Program-made: the position numbers and the translations under genes
In this document: positions 34,791 through 48,710 of the stretch, piece after piece
Numbering within the stretch: position 1 is the first letter of the stretch
Layout: each line of letters begins with the position of its first letter
NCBI GenBank assembly: GCA_051294375.1
Contig: CM119264.1
Location: 14,472,682-14,536,681, forward strand
Reading direction: 5' to 3'
DNA from: Paraspadella gotoi
Taxonomy: Eukaryota > Animalia > Chaetognatha
Length of the DNA: 64,000 nucleotides
The notes under the pieces: model-generated
Seen by the model: the letters and a program-made list of their open reading frames with translations, nothing else
Told to the model about the DNA's origin: nothing
Databases searched by the model: none

Positions 34791-37049
34791 CTTGAGGAAA
34801 TTTAGTATTTTCAAGCATTCTCAACACAACGAAGTAAAAAAAAAAGCGTTAAAAGCCGATATTTAAGCCAATGTGAAAAAATATATTTTTTACATACTTG
34901 CATACTAGTAAAATTAAAATGCATTTTTTAGATTATATGTCATGTTATATTATAGGTTTGCGTTTATGTTTAGTAGATGTTTTTAGTTAAGCCGCCGAAT
35001 GCGGTTCTTTTCCCGCCCGAACCCATTCCCTCAAAAAAGATCATTTTGGAGAAAATAACGATGAACGATGTAGAGCTTGATGGAGAAAAAAACCAAATAA
35101 AAAACGATAAAACCCGATATGGTGCACCATTGGCGACTCGATCTCTGGTGCATCATGATGCCAGAAGAAAAAAGTATGAAAAACGAGATTGGTCTTCTTA
35201 AATCGAGTAGAGAAGAGAAGACAGTGGTGAAAATAGAAAACTTTTTTATTTAACGTGAACGAAGATAAAAATAAATAAATAAAAAAAGAAAGATGGAAAG
35301 AAAGAAAAGAAAAATGAAAGGAAAGAAGGAAACACGCAGCAGCAGCTACCGACGTCCTCGCACGCAGGGAACCNNNNNNNNNNNNNNNNNNNNNNNNNNN
35401 NNNNNNNNNNNNNNNNNNNNNNNNNNNNNNNNNNNNNNNNNNNNNNNNNNNNNNNNNNNNNNNNNNNNNNNNNNNNNNNNNNNNNNNNNNNNNNNNNNNN
35501 NNNNNNNNNNNNNNNNNNNNNNNNNNNNNNNNNNNNNNNNNNNNNNNNNNNNNNNNNNNNNNNNNNNNNNNNNNNNNNNNNNNNNNNNNNNNNNNNNNNN
35601 NNNNNNNNNNNNNNNNNNNNNNNNNNNNNNNNNNNNNNNNNNNNNNNNNNNNNNNNNNNNNNNNNNNNNNNNNNNNNNNNNNNNNNNNNNNNNNNNNNNN
35701 NNNNNNNNNNNNNNNNNNNNNNNNNNNNNNNNNNNNNNNNNNNNNNNNNNNNNNNNNNNNNNNNNNNNNNNNNNNNNNNNNNNNNNNNNNNNNNNNNNNN
35801 NNNNNNNNNGTAGACCCGGAGTGATAACGCGGGAATTTCGGGCGCGTTGTAGACGTTATCACGAGCAGAGTGAGGTTGCAAAAAAGAAGGTAAGTTCGAT
35901 GCGATTGAGGTAAGGTAAGGTGAGATTGGCAAGGTTGGAGGAGATGGCTGCTTGGTTGATCTGTAGCAGAGTAATTGTAACAGATATTGATGTCATCAAT
36001 TTCATATATGCAAATTGTCCTTTTTTAATTAGTAAGTACTGTAGTAATAAATTTTTATTTTGTTACTTAATGGTTTAATATTGAAATTTTACATTGGCAA
36101 ATGATAATATTTGAATATTGTTTAATTAAAAGTAAAGAATCGCAGACGAATCAAGCTCATGAATCGAAATAATAATAATTTATTTATTTTAGGCTTCAAA
36201 ATGTGGATAATGTAGTTAAATGAAGATTGTTAATCGTGGCGAGAACTCGGGAGAGGTTGAACAGAGTTTGAAGAGATGTGAGTCGCAAGAATCAGTGATA
36301 TCGAAGTGATATCCCTGTGATATCGAAGGGTGAGGTGATGATTCAAGATTCGGGGCGGGCGAGAGAAAAGTGGGTGGCAACGGGTGAACTGGGCGTGAAT
36401 ATTTTATCCCGTGAAAAGGAGCAAGTGAAGGCGCCGTGAATGACTGCGATCAAGCATCGATTTTTAAGGTGTTTCAGTCAATTTCACGTGAACGGAGAAA
36501 CGAGCTGAAGACACAATTCAATCGAGTGAACTGTTGAGTAAACGTCTGCGACAGAATTCCGACTTACGAAGTCGTAAAAGTTTCGTGATTTAAAGGCGAG
36601 GCTTTATCAGCTTAATCTTGCTGGAGAAAAACAAATTTTTCTTTTTTTGTTGATTAAAGTCTATGTCTTTAGTATACACTATACTCTATACAGTGCTAGT
36701 ACTAAAGTACAGTACTAGTACAGTACTAGTATGAAATTTGAGAGAACAATTTTTTAAAAATTATTTTAGAGATGAAACGAAAAATTCGTTGTAATAGNNN
36801 NNNNNNNNNNNNNNNNNNNNNNNNNNNNNNNNNNNNNNNNNNNNNNNNNNNNNNNNNNNNNNNNNNNNNNNNNNNNNNNNNNNNNNNNNNNNNNNNNNNN
36901 NNNNNNNNNNNNNNNNNNNNNNNNNNNNNNNNNNNNNNNNNNNNNNNNNNNNNNNNNNNNNNNNNNNNNNNNNNNNNNNNNNNNNNNNNNNNNNNNNNNN
37001 NNNNNNNNNNNAAATATGTAGTACGTATATACTTTTTATTTATATATGT

Positions 37050-37520
37050 ATAATAATATATAATAATATAATATATAATATAATATATAATATAATAATA
37101 TAATATAATAATAATATATAATATAATATATAATATAATATATATATAATNNNNNNNNNNNNNNNNNNNNNNNNNNNNNNNNNNNNNNNNNNNNNNNNNN
37201 NNNNNNNNNNNNNNNNNNNNNNNNNNNNNNNNNNNNNNNNNNNNNNNNNNNNNNNNNNNNNNNNNNNNNNNNNNNNNNNNNNNNNNNNNNNNNNNNNNNN
37301 NNNNNNNNNNNNNNNNNNNNNNNNNNNNNNNNNNNNNNNNNNNNNNNNNNNNNNNNNNNNNNNNNNNNNNNNNNNNNNNNNNNNNNNNNNNNNNNNNNNN
37401 NNNNNNNNNNNNNNNNNNNNNNTAATATATAATATAATATATAATATAATAATATAATAATATAATATAATAATAATATAATATATAATATAATATATAA
37501 TATAATATATATATAATATA
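37050..37520. repeat. (TAATA/TA)n AT satellite spanning a gap
   Basis: Directly visible on both sides of gap 37151-37421. Confidence 0.85.
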
Positions 37521-40500
37521 TGCTCGTAATTTTAACTGTACGCCGATTTTTTGGAAACGAGAAACGGAATTTTTTTTTGTGACATGGATGTGTTTGTTGT
37601 GTGGCTTTTGTTGTTATATGTTATTGAAAAGCAAGCCGGGTTTTCGAACCTTTACTTTCAAGACGTTCGCGATTTACCATCACCAACGTTCGAACTATTC
37701 ATAAGCCTATGAAAATAAAAAGTTCCTTTCATCATCTAACAAAAATTTTCGCTATTTAATACGTATAGTTACTGTAACAAACTCTAATATGTAATGTTGT
37801 AAGCAAATTCTTATTCTACTATAGTCTTTTTTTCCATATATTAAATGCTTAAACGAAAATTTCATGGCCCCAACTCAGCTCCAAGTTTATTCCTTCTTCT
37901 CCCGGAACTCATCTCATCTCTCAGCCACCTTTTCCATTCTTTCCTAAAAAAAAAGTTTATATAAAAGTTCCTTTCAACTCTTTTACTTTCTACCTCCTTT
38001 CTTCTCTTTTCCCTTTCCTGCTCCGCTTTTTCATTCTCTCCTCTTCTAGGTTTTCCACGCGCTTGCCTAAAAAAATTAAAGGGTATAATAATCCGATTAC
38101 TTTCAATATACTCATGGAGTGAAAAATGATTTTTACTCTTTTTCTTATTTTTAGCATCTTTATTTTTCCGATTTAAATACAACCTACGTTTTCTTTCCTT
38201 AAACTTCTTCTTTTTTTTTCTTTGTTTCGAAATTTCTTTTTCTTTTCGCTCCGTACAGTTTATACTTTATCATTTGACCTAGTTCTACCCTTCTCTCTCC
38301 ACGGTTCCACGTTTTCAGAAATGCCTGACCGTTTAGGCGAATATCGCGAGAGACGCCGTCGCGCATCTCAATAATAAGTTCCTCGTTTTTTTTTTTTTTA
38401 CTCCGTGTTTTGCTGATGAGGGCGGGCGACGCCGTTGACCGCGGTGACAAGGAGATTAATATTCCATGGCGTCCACTCCGCGCGTCCCCACTGCCTTTTC
38501 GATGTCCCCCTCTTTCGATGTCGATGGCTCCGCATTTGCAGAACCGTATATATCGAGAAATGAGTTTACGTTCGTTCGGAGAGAAGTCCGCAAAAAGTAT
38601 GGTGAGGGATGTGATAAATATATGATCGCGTCACAGAAGGAGAAATCGAAACTAATGCAATAACACCGAAAGATGGCGTCCACTTAAAAGAATTTCCGTC
38701 ATCTAAAGGCCAGAAAGAAAGACCATAAGAACGGTGAATGGAAACCAACGGAAAAAAAAATATTGGTCGCTAGAACCGGAACTCTTTTCTATGTTTAATC
38801 TCTGTACAATGTATACACATCCAGTTTCGTCAGCAGAATCCTGACTAAGATCACCCTTCTTTCTGTACTTGGCCAATCAAAACCCTCTGTCTCAACCATG
38901 TCATGTACGTCGCAAACCGCCTGGGAGTTTCCATGGAAACGGAGTGAAGGTATCATCAACCAGGAGGATACTCTTCTTCTCATTCTCCACATCTTCGTCT
39001 CCTTTTGATCTCTTCGTCTTCTTCTTCGAAATCACTATCCGCGTTCGTCGACCCTGGCCCGCCTCAGCACGTCGCGCAAGATCCTGACAATCCTGCGACA
39101 ACAACAACAGCAATGCGCACGCTGTCGCTGTCGTGGAACTATTCATTAACGGCGGCGGCGGCGGCGCGCGCCCTTTGTCCTTTCTGTCTCCTCGAAAAGT
39201 CTGTCTCGACAATAAAAGGGAAAGGAAAGGGGAAAGGAAAAAAAATGGAAAGGCTTTTGGAAATTCATTTTATTTTTCGAAAATTATTTTCCAATTTTCT
39301 TCATATTTCATTGTTTGCACCACTTGATTGCCATCACTTCACAACTCCAAATGTTATCAGAATCCACCGAATCATCATTTAAACCTAATTTTAAACTCTA
39401 AATTCTAATTGGTGATTGGTGATTCACTTCCGCTATCCACCTTAACCCTTTACTCCATCACTTGATGGTGAACATCACTCCTCCATTTTCCCTTTGACCC
39501 AGCACTTCCCCAGCGGCACTCCAAAAAGGTCGTGGGTGCAATTTTCCAAACGATTTTGCGAAGTTAGTCTTGACACGGAGTTCAACCGAGAAACTCTCGC
39601 CTTCGCGCTCTCTTTCTTTTTCTTCCTTTCTTTCCTTATTTCTTTCTTTCTTTCTTTTTCTTTCCTTTCTTTCTTTCTTTCTTTCTTCTTTCTTTCTTCT
39701 CTTTCTTCTTCTTTCTCTCTTATTTTTCTTCATTTTTTTTTCTCTTCTTTTTCTTTCTTTCTTTCTTTCTTTTTATTCTTTCTTTCTTTCTCTTCTTCAT
39801 TTCTTCTTCTTTTCTCTCTTTCTTTCTTCTTTTATTCTTCTTAAATTTTACTATAATTTTGTGATTAATTTTGTAAGGATTCCTTTCTTTTCCGCGGCTT
39901 CGCTTATTTGATTTTCTCTGTGAGGGCCTGCGGCTGTCGTCGCCATGAATCGCTTATTATGCGGTTTAAAGCTTAGCTACTACAGTAGTTCAAATCCTTA
40001 TTTGGATCAAACCTAGTTTCCGATTTTAGCGAAAGTCAGGAGCATCGATTTGAAGCGCAAGGGATTTCGCGACTTTTTATTGCCGATAAAACTTTGAGGC
40101 GGATTTAATCCGATGTTTTTATTAATTTTGCATATAGATAGTATTTTAAATTCCCTATCCGTCGTTACCAAAATTTATTTTAAAATATTCAATAGTTTAG
40201 AAACGATGCACATCCCAATATGTAGTACGGTATATCTTTGTTTATTTATATGATGATAATAATATATAATAATATATATATATAAATAATAATATATAAT
40301 AAATATCAATATAATAATAATAATAATTAATATAATATATAATTATAATATATATATAATATATAATATATAATAAATTAATCAAGTCAGGGGCGAGATA
40401 GCTTATTATTAATTAATTTTTATTATAATTTAATATTATTANNNNNNNNNNNNNNNNNNNNNNNNNTTATAATTATTATAATTATAATATGGATAATTTT

Positions 40501-41808
40501 TATATTGGTTGTACCAATCTCATACAACTATAAGCAAGTACGAAATTTTAAAAAAGAGTTTAATTTCCTGTTTACGTAGAATTTCCTACATCTCAACCAA
40601 AGTCGAGATTCGTCATCATGACTCGGCAAAACAAAGTCCAAGATGACCGGCCTTGGGATTTTTGGACGGGAGGGTAAATCCAAAGGAGGAGAAAGAAGAA
40701 GAAGAAGATGAGGAGGAGGAGGAGGAGGAAAGCAGAAGAAGGGAAAGTAAAAGGACCTCGCATCGACAATGAGCTCATGATTGCGGACCTGATGAGTGAT
40801 GATGATGGCGTCGTGAGTCAAAAAAAAAAAAAAAGTCATAAAGGCAAGAAAAATCCATAATGAGTAAATTACGATAACGAGCTCGAATGTACGATCGGCG
40901 GTTTAATAGCTCTCTCTCTTAAGGAGAGAAAGCCGGATTAAAACAATAAGTACTACGAAATATAATATAAAGCGGGAGCTTCGTGATCCCACGGGGAAAT
41001 TGGCTCGGAGCCCTCGCCTAATGTGGCACAGGCGATAACGCATTCCGAGATTCCCGGTTTTCCCTTCTCACGGAAAACAACAACGACAACCGACTAGACT
41101 CAGGACGACTATAGCGACGATAACGAAGAAGGATGAGAGGAGAAGGAAAAAAAAAAATCATGAGGATAATGAGGTATTCTGAGTCGGAGACGAGAAAAAA
41201 ATCAGGTGGAGAAACAAGTTGTAATCATGATTGATGAGTCATTAAGTCTCAAAATGTTTTCGTCCTTTTCACTTTTTTTTTTCAGAGATTGTCATAAATG
41301 GTAGCGAAAGTTGTGGGTGGCAATGTCTCTGACTGTCGCATTTATTGCTTCCTCAGTTCAGATCGTTCAATAATCATGCTATTTTGTTTAAAATATCATA
41401 TTTACATTGCATAAATTGCACAATATAACAACTACATGTAGAAAAAGCATTTTCTGAATTCGAACCTTTAACAAATAAAGAATGAAAATAAACAAAGTTG
41501 TTGTCGTCGTTGAGGTCATTATTAGAATATTTCCCTGTTATTTTCGTCGTGACGAACGCGATTGTCTTCTTTCTAAAAAGGCCTTTGTTGATGGTTCGTT
41601 AAGGTCGTTGTTCCGAGGACGAAGCGAGCAATTTAGCCTTCGTCGTCGTTGTAGTCGTCGTCGTCGTCGTCGTCCAGTTGTCTTCAAGGCACTAAACAAA
41701 AGAAGAAAGAGAAAATGAGATTTTCTCTTCCTTCAATATCACTTCGTTTTTCGGACATTCACCACTCTTTCTCTTCCTTTTCGTCTACGTTTGTCGAGAC
41801 TATTTTTT

Positions 41809-41896
<88 letters not shown>

Positions 41897-42112
41897 TCTT
41901 TCCTTTAGAGAGACTATTCTAGGACAGGAGTTTCCGTTTTGGTTTTGCTTTTGTTTTTGCCAAAATATTTTTTTAAATTTAAAAAAAATAAATCTTTGAC
42001 TGATGAAAACATATATAAACACATTCATTGCTATAATTAGCATAATGGAAAACGACAAAATTACTTAGTAAGAAATTTAAAAGAATAAAAACTCGAAAAA
42101 ATGGGGGAAATT

Positions 42113-42196
<84 letters not shown>

Positions 42197-42287
42197 AATA
42201 AATAAATAAGGGAAAGAAAGAAAGAAAAAGAAAGAAAGAAAGAAAGAAAGAAAAAGAAAGAGAGAAAGAAATAAGAGAAAGAAAAAA

Positions 42288-42339
<52 letters not shown>

Positions 42340-44385
42340 AATAAGGAAAAGAAAGGAAGAAAAAGAAAGAGAGCGCGAAGGCGAGAGTTTCTCGGGTTGA
42401 ACTCCGTGTCAAGACTAACTTCCAAAATCGTTTGGAAAATTGCACCCACGACCTTTTGGAGTGCCGCTGGGGAAGTGCTGGGTCAAAAGGGAAAATGGAG
42501 GAGTGATGTTCACCATCAAGTGATGGAGTAAAGGGTTAAGGTGGATAGCGGAAGTGAATCACCAATCACCAATTAGAATTTAGAGTTTAAAATTAGGTTT
42601 AAATTGATGATTCGGTGGATTCTGATAACATTTGGAGTTGTGAAGTGATGGCATCAAGTGGTGGCAAACAATGAAAATGAAGAAAATTGGAAAATAATTT
42701 TCGAAAAATAAAATGAATTCCAAAAGCCTTTCCATTTTTTTTCCTTTCCCCTTTCCTTTCCCTTTTATTGTCGAGACAGACTTTTCGAGGAGACAGAAAG
42801 GACAAAGGGGCCGCCGCCGCCGCCGCCGCCGTTAATGAAAGTTCCACGACAGCGACACGTCATTGCTGTTGTTGTTGTCGCAGTTGTCATGATCGCGCGA
42901 CGTGCTGAGCGGGCCAGGGTCGACGAACGCGGATAGTGATTTCGAAAGAAGAAGACGAAGAGATCAAAAGGAGACGAAGATGTGGAGAATGAGAAGAAGA
43001 GTATCCTCCTGGTTGATGAGATCCTTCACTCCGTTTCCATGGAAACTCCGCGGCGGTTCTGCGGCGTACATGACATGGGTTGAGACAGAGGGTTTTGATT
43101 GGCCAAGTACAGAAAGAAGGGTCAGGATTAGTCAGGATTCTGCTGACGAAACTGGATGTGTATACATTGTACAGAGATTAAACGTAGAAAAGAGTTCCGG
43201 TTCTACCGACCAATATTTTTTTTCCGTTGGTTTCCATTCACCCGTCATGGTCTTTCTTTCGGCCTTTAGATGACGGAAATTCTTTTAAGTGACGCCATCT
43301 TTCGGTGTTATTCCATTAGTTTCGATTTTCTCCTTCTGTGACGCGATCATATTTTATCCACATCCCTCCATACTTTTTCGGACTTGTCTCCGAACGAACG
43401 TAACTCATTTCTCGATATATATCGGTTCGCAAATGCGGAGCCATCGACATCGAAAGAGGGGGACATCGAAAAGGCAGTGCGGACGCGGAGTGGACGCCAT
43501 GGAATATTAATCTCCTTGTCACCGCGGTCAACGGCGTCGCCCGCCCTCATCAACAAAACACGGAGTAAAAAAAAAAAACGAGGAACTTATTTGAGATGCG
43601 CGACGGCGTCTCTCGCGATATTCGCCTAAACGGTCAGGCATTTTCTGAAAACGTGGAACCGTGGAGAGAGAAGTGTAGAAAAGGTCAAATATAAAGTATA
43701 AATTGGACGGGATGGAAAGAAAAAGAAAGAAACAAAGAAAAAAATAAAGAAAGAAAGTTAAGGAAAGAAAACGTAGTTGTATTTTAAATCGGGGAAAAAT
43801 AAAGATGTAAAAATAAGAAAAAGAGTAAAATATTTCACTCCATGATATATTGAAAAGTAAATGGATTTATTTATCCCTTTTTTTTTAGGGCGCGAGTGGA
43901 AATAGGAAGAGGAGGAGAATGAAAGGGAGCAGGAGGAAAAGAGGAAGAGGAGGAGAAAGTAAAGAGTTGAAAGGAACTTTTATATAACTTTTTTTTTAGG
44001 AAAGAATGAAAAGGTGGCTGAGATGATGAATGAGTTCGGGAAAGAAGGAATAAACTGGAGACTGATTGGGCCATGAAATTTCGTTTAGCATAATATATGG
44101 AAAAAAAGACTATAGTAAATAGAATTTGTTACAAATTACATTATTAGAGTTTGTCTACATACATACGTATTATAGCGAAAATTTTTGTTTAGATGCATGA
44201 AAGAACTTTTATTTTATGGGCTTATGGAATAGTTCGAAAGGTGATGGTAAATCGCGACTCTTGAAAGTAAGGTTCGAAAACCCGGCTCTTTCCAATAACA
44301 ATAACAACAAAAGCCAACAACAACGACATCCAGGCACAAAAAAAAATTCCGTTTCTCGTCCAAAATATCGGCTCTAAAATTCGAG
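37520..44385. repeat. ~2.3-kb inverted duplication (37520-39865 vs 42050-44385) with a ~2.2-kb unrelated spacer
   Basis: Continuous reverse-complement match, e.g. ccatcacttgatggtgaacatcactcctcc vs ggaggagtgatgttcaccatcaagtgatgg. Many 1-bp indels. A 25-N gap lies in the spacer at 40442. Confidence 0.85.
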
Positions 44386-44758
44386 CTATATTCTCCACTC
44401 AACTCTCCGGGTTGAATTCAGGCGTGATGCGGGGAAAAATGGGAGGGAAAGTGGGATTTAGGTTTTTTTATATTGAAAAAAAAATCGGCAGCGGCTTCCG
44501 CGGCGGCGGCGGTGGCGGCGTCGTCGGCGACTGCGAAACGCGGCGTCGGCGGCGTGATCAAAGAATCCGGAAGGCGCCGTTTTTTCCGCGGATTTTCGCC
44601 TTTGAAAAATGGCGCCGCAGGTTCTTTTTTTTTATTTTTTTGTCGTTGGAGGAAAAAAGAAAATAGTTTTTCTCCTCTTTTTTTTTTCTCCGCGTGGAAG
44701 TCGAAAATGAGGTGAGTCTGGAGTCAGCAAATCTCCAGAGTTATGAATGGAGATGAAG

Positions 44759-46967
44759 TTAGGATTGGGTGGTCGGGCTGAGGTAGCGGCGGAGGCGGCT
44801 CTGCGGCCCGAGCTGCGGCGCTGCCGGTCCGGAGGTCTTAGTCGTCGAGTCGTTTGGCGAGATGCCGGCGTTTGGCGAGGCGGTTGTAAAACGCGAGCGG
44901 GGTCGCGCGGTCGCCTGTTCAATTGGGTGGCGCCAAAGTGATCGATCGTGGGAGGGCGAGGTTGAGCGGGGCGGACGGATGAAGAGGTGCTCGTGGAAGG
45001 GGAGGAATGGGGGGGGTTTTCTCGCTGAAGAAATAGAATGATTTATTTCTTCCGAATATTTCGGGATTTCCGACCAACGCCCGACGCCCGTCGATAAAAG
45101 GAACAAAAACCATTTGACGATTCACTTATCGTTTTTTTTTTCTTCTTCTTTTTTTCCACTTTACGGTTTATTGGCGAAATCCTTTTCCGCTTTTTCCCCT
45201 TCGATAATTCCATCCATTTTTTTTTCTCAGCGCCCATAATTTGAACTGAATCTTCGTGTTTATATGACTCTCCGAAGAGGGTTTTGTTTTCTACTGTTTT
45301 TTAGGGCCTTATTCTGTGGTAAAAATAGTATTGATGGTTTCCTTTGTTTTTTGGAAAATCCCCGGAACTTAATTTATTTTAAAAACAAGATTATTTTTTT
45401 CTTAAAAAAATTATTATTTTACGAGATTTTTGATTTTTGTTCCGAGTTCAATTTTTCTTTGTGATATAAAGAAAGAGGAAAACAAACATCAAAAATCAAA
45501 AGTGCAAACTGTTTGTTGGACGCGTCTGATTTGATTTTCAAGAGAATGTGTGAAGGAAAAAAAATGCAAGTAAGCTTTTTTTTTATAAAAGAATGAAATG
45601 AAAAGTTGTCTCGATTGAATTTTTTTATCAGATTAAAAGGAAAGAGGGAAAAAAATGAGAATCCATTTTTGAAATAAGAAAAGAAGAAATAGTAAACTTT
45701 TTACGAGGCTAATATTTTTGAGAATAACAACGATCTGATTTCTTAAAACGAGATGATGAAGACGAATGATATTTAAAGATCCTTATTAAACTTAAATCAA
45801 AATGAAAGATAAAGAGTCAGAATGAGAAAGGCGGTTAGGAATAACGGGTCTTGATCTTCGTTATTGAAACGAATGAGACCTGGAGCTCGTCTATCAAAAA
45901 AAAAATATTTCACGGCATTATATAAAATACACTTTTTATAGTCACCAGTGACTCACCACCTAAATCCAGTTCACCAAAGGATTCACAATCGCATCAAGGA
46001 TAAATTCAATAAAACGCAAAGCGGATAGTCAGTACTCAATTTAGACAGTAGACAGTAGTCAATTTTTGCTTGCAAATTTTCATTTTATATTTTATTTCAT
46101 TTATTTTTTTTTAATAAAAAAGACGTTAGGTTTTAGCGTTTCCCCCTTTCGAGAATAACATTTTTGTTATGCATTATCTTTATACGCGATTATTAATGTT
46201 TAAAAACTATCGGACTACATCTTATGGACAAAGGATTAAGTTCCTTTTCTGAGATTTTGGCGGAAAAACGATTTCCATTATTTTGGCTAAGAGAAAAAAG
46301 CGATAAAAACGTCAACAACAAAACTTTCTTTTTATTTTATTTTTTTTACGAGCTCAACGTCAACGGAATTGTCGACTGAGAAACAAAAGAAGTTTTAATC
46401 GCAAAAGGAAATTTTTCAATTTCCAAATTCTGAATCCAGATGGAAAAGCATGTGCCTTTTTGCTGCTTCACACTTTTGCTTTTTATGACCTATTTTTGTT
46501 TTTTCATGCGTATTAAATTTTGCGTTATAATCGATAGTAAATTTTTATTAATTCGATATTTAAAACATGCATTATATGACCAGTTACTGTTTATCTTTGA
46601 CCTTGCATTGATTTAGATGTAAACACAATAATTTCTGTTACGCCCACGTTAATCGATTTAGCTTGTGTAAAAAAGTCGTTTTTTTTAAATCGCATAAAAA
46701 GTGTCTCCATCTTCAAACAGAATCCAGCGGCAGCGACATCTAACGCGTTAATTAGCGTAAAAACATTCTCAACTCGTCGCTTAATTTCTCTTCGCCCAAT
46801 AAACCCAGCTTAATGTAAACGTGACTTGGAAACGAACCTTTTTTTTCGGCGACGTGAGGTGCGTTCGTAGGCGGAAATCGTTGCTGATCTTGTAGTCGTT
46901 CTCGGCGTCGTCGGCGTCTTGCGGTCGCTGTCGTCGTCGTTGTTGTCGAATCTTTGTCGTCGTTGTT
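44759..46967 (-). CDS. Candidate low-complexity exons of an unidentified gene (46967-46838; 45024-44759)
   Basis: cag|NNDDKDSTTTTTTATARRRRRRERLQDQQRFPPTNAPHVAEKK|gt joins in phase 1 to ARKPPPFLPFHEHLFIRPPRSTSPSHDRSLW...TTQS*. No domain recognised. Confidence 0.3.
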
Positions 46968-47889
46968 CTGACATTAAATCGAAACCATATTCCGTGACGA
47001 ATCTTCGCGCCCGAGTTCATCTCTGTCGAGCGAGACGAAAGGCGCGCTAAACGCTGCGAGATCTTCGAACGACGACGACGACGACGACGACGACCGCGAC
47101 CACGCCGGCTTTCACAGAAGCGTGACGAAGTGATCGCATCCCGTGACATTTCGCGCTCGTTCATTCACTCATCTTTGGCTTTCGAGTTTGATAAGGTCGC
47201 CGAACCACGGAGAAAGATGGACGCCTCAGATCGAAAATTATTCATAAGTTTGATGTTAAATTTGACTATGACTTTTTTTTTCTTTGTAATGAAAGATTTT
47301 TTAAAAATATATTGGTTGTACCAATTTCATTTATTTCGAGTGACAAATTTGAACCGTACTTGCACTATAATTATATTACTTTATATAAATAAGGATGGAG
47401 ATGAAGATAAATATGTCTTTTTTACTGTTTCTTAAGCAAAATAAATAAAAGTAAACGTTACAGGAAAAGTCAGTTACGGTTCATTAGCTTTTAAAACTCA
47501 GACAAAGACATAAAGTACAATTAGCTTTACCAAGTGGCGCGAATAAGGTATGCCTCCGCCCGGGAAAGAGAGAGAGAGGAGAGAGAGAGAACTGAGAGAT
47601 GAGAAGAGAACTAGATGAGAGAGACAGACGAGAGAGAGATGAGAAGAGAGAGAGAGAGAGAGAGAAGAGAGAGGTAATTGTCGCGTTTCTGTTTGGAGCA
47701 GCCGGCAGAATGGAGACGAGGGAAGAGTGGAGATTAGAGAAGAGAGAGGAAGAGAGAAGAATAGAGAAGTGAGGAAATAAAAGAAGAAGTAGCCTTCGGT
47801 CGCTATTTTAAACGTTTCGGTTTTGAAAAGAATCTCTGCTCCTTCGCTCAGACTTTCCTTTTCAACGAGTCTCGACTTTTCCTCCTCTT

Positions 47890-48651
47890 TGACTGACTTG
47901 ACTTGACTTGACTTGACTTGACTTGACTNNNNNNNNNNNNNNNNNNNNNNNNNNNNNNNNNNNNNNNNNNNNNNNNNNNNNNNNNNNNNNNNNNNNNNNN
48001 NNNNNNNNNNNNNNNNNNNNNNNNNNNNNNNNNNNNNNNNNNNNNNNNNNNNNNNNNNNNNNNNNNNNNNNNNNNNNNNNNNNNNNNNNNNNNNNNNNNN
48101 NNNNNNNNNNNNNNNNNNNNNNNNNNNNNNNNNNNNNNNNNNNNNNNNNNNNNNNNNNNNNNNNNNNNNNNNNNNNNNNNNNNNNNNNNNNNNNNNNNNN
48201 NNNNNNNNNNNNNNNTTGACTTGACTTGACTTGACTTGACTTGACTTGACTTGTACTCAGTCTCTTCGAGTCCTCCAGGCTCCTTTCCACCTTTGTCCCT
48301 TTCTCTTTTCTACTTTTCTTTTCTTTCTTTTCTCCTCGTCAACATCCTAGGAGACGATTCGCTCTGATTATGCTGATTGTGTTTCTCCCGCCGTCGTCGT
48401 CATCGGATGCGCGCCGAGAGGCCTGGGGGCCTGGCGCCTGGATGATGACACCAGGCATATGGCGTCATCGGCGCTTGGAAGATGGCGCCAGGTGTATGAC
48501 GCTCGGCGGACGGCGGTAACCACTCTAATCAACCTCCCCACTAAATGAGCTGTACCCACGAGAAAAAACAAGAGAAGAGTGAGAGAAAGAACAGATAGAA
48601 AGACAGAGAGAGGGGGAGAGAGAAGAGAGAGAGAGGAAGAGGAGAAGAGGA

Positions 48652-48710
<59 letters not shown>

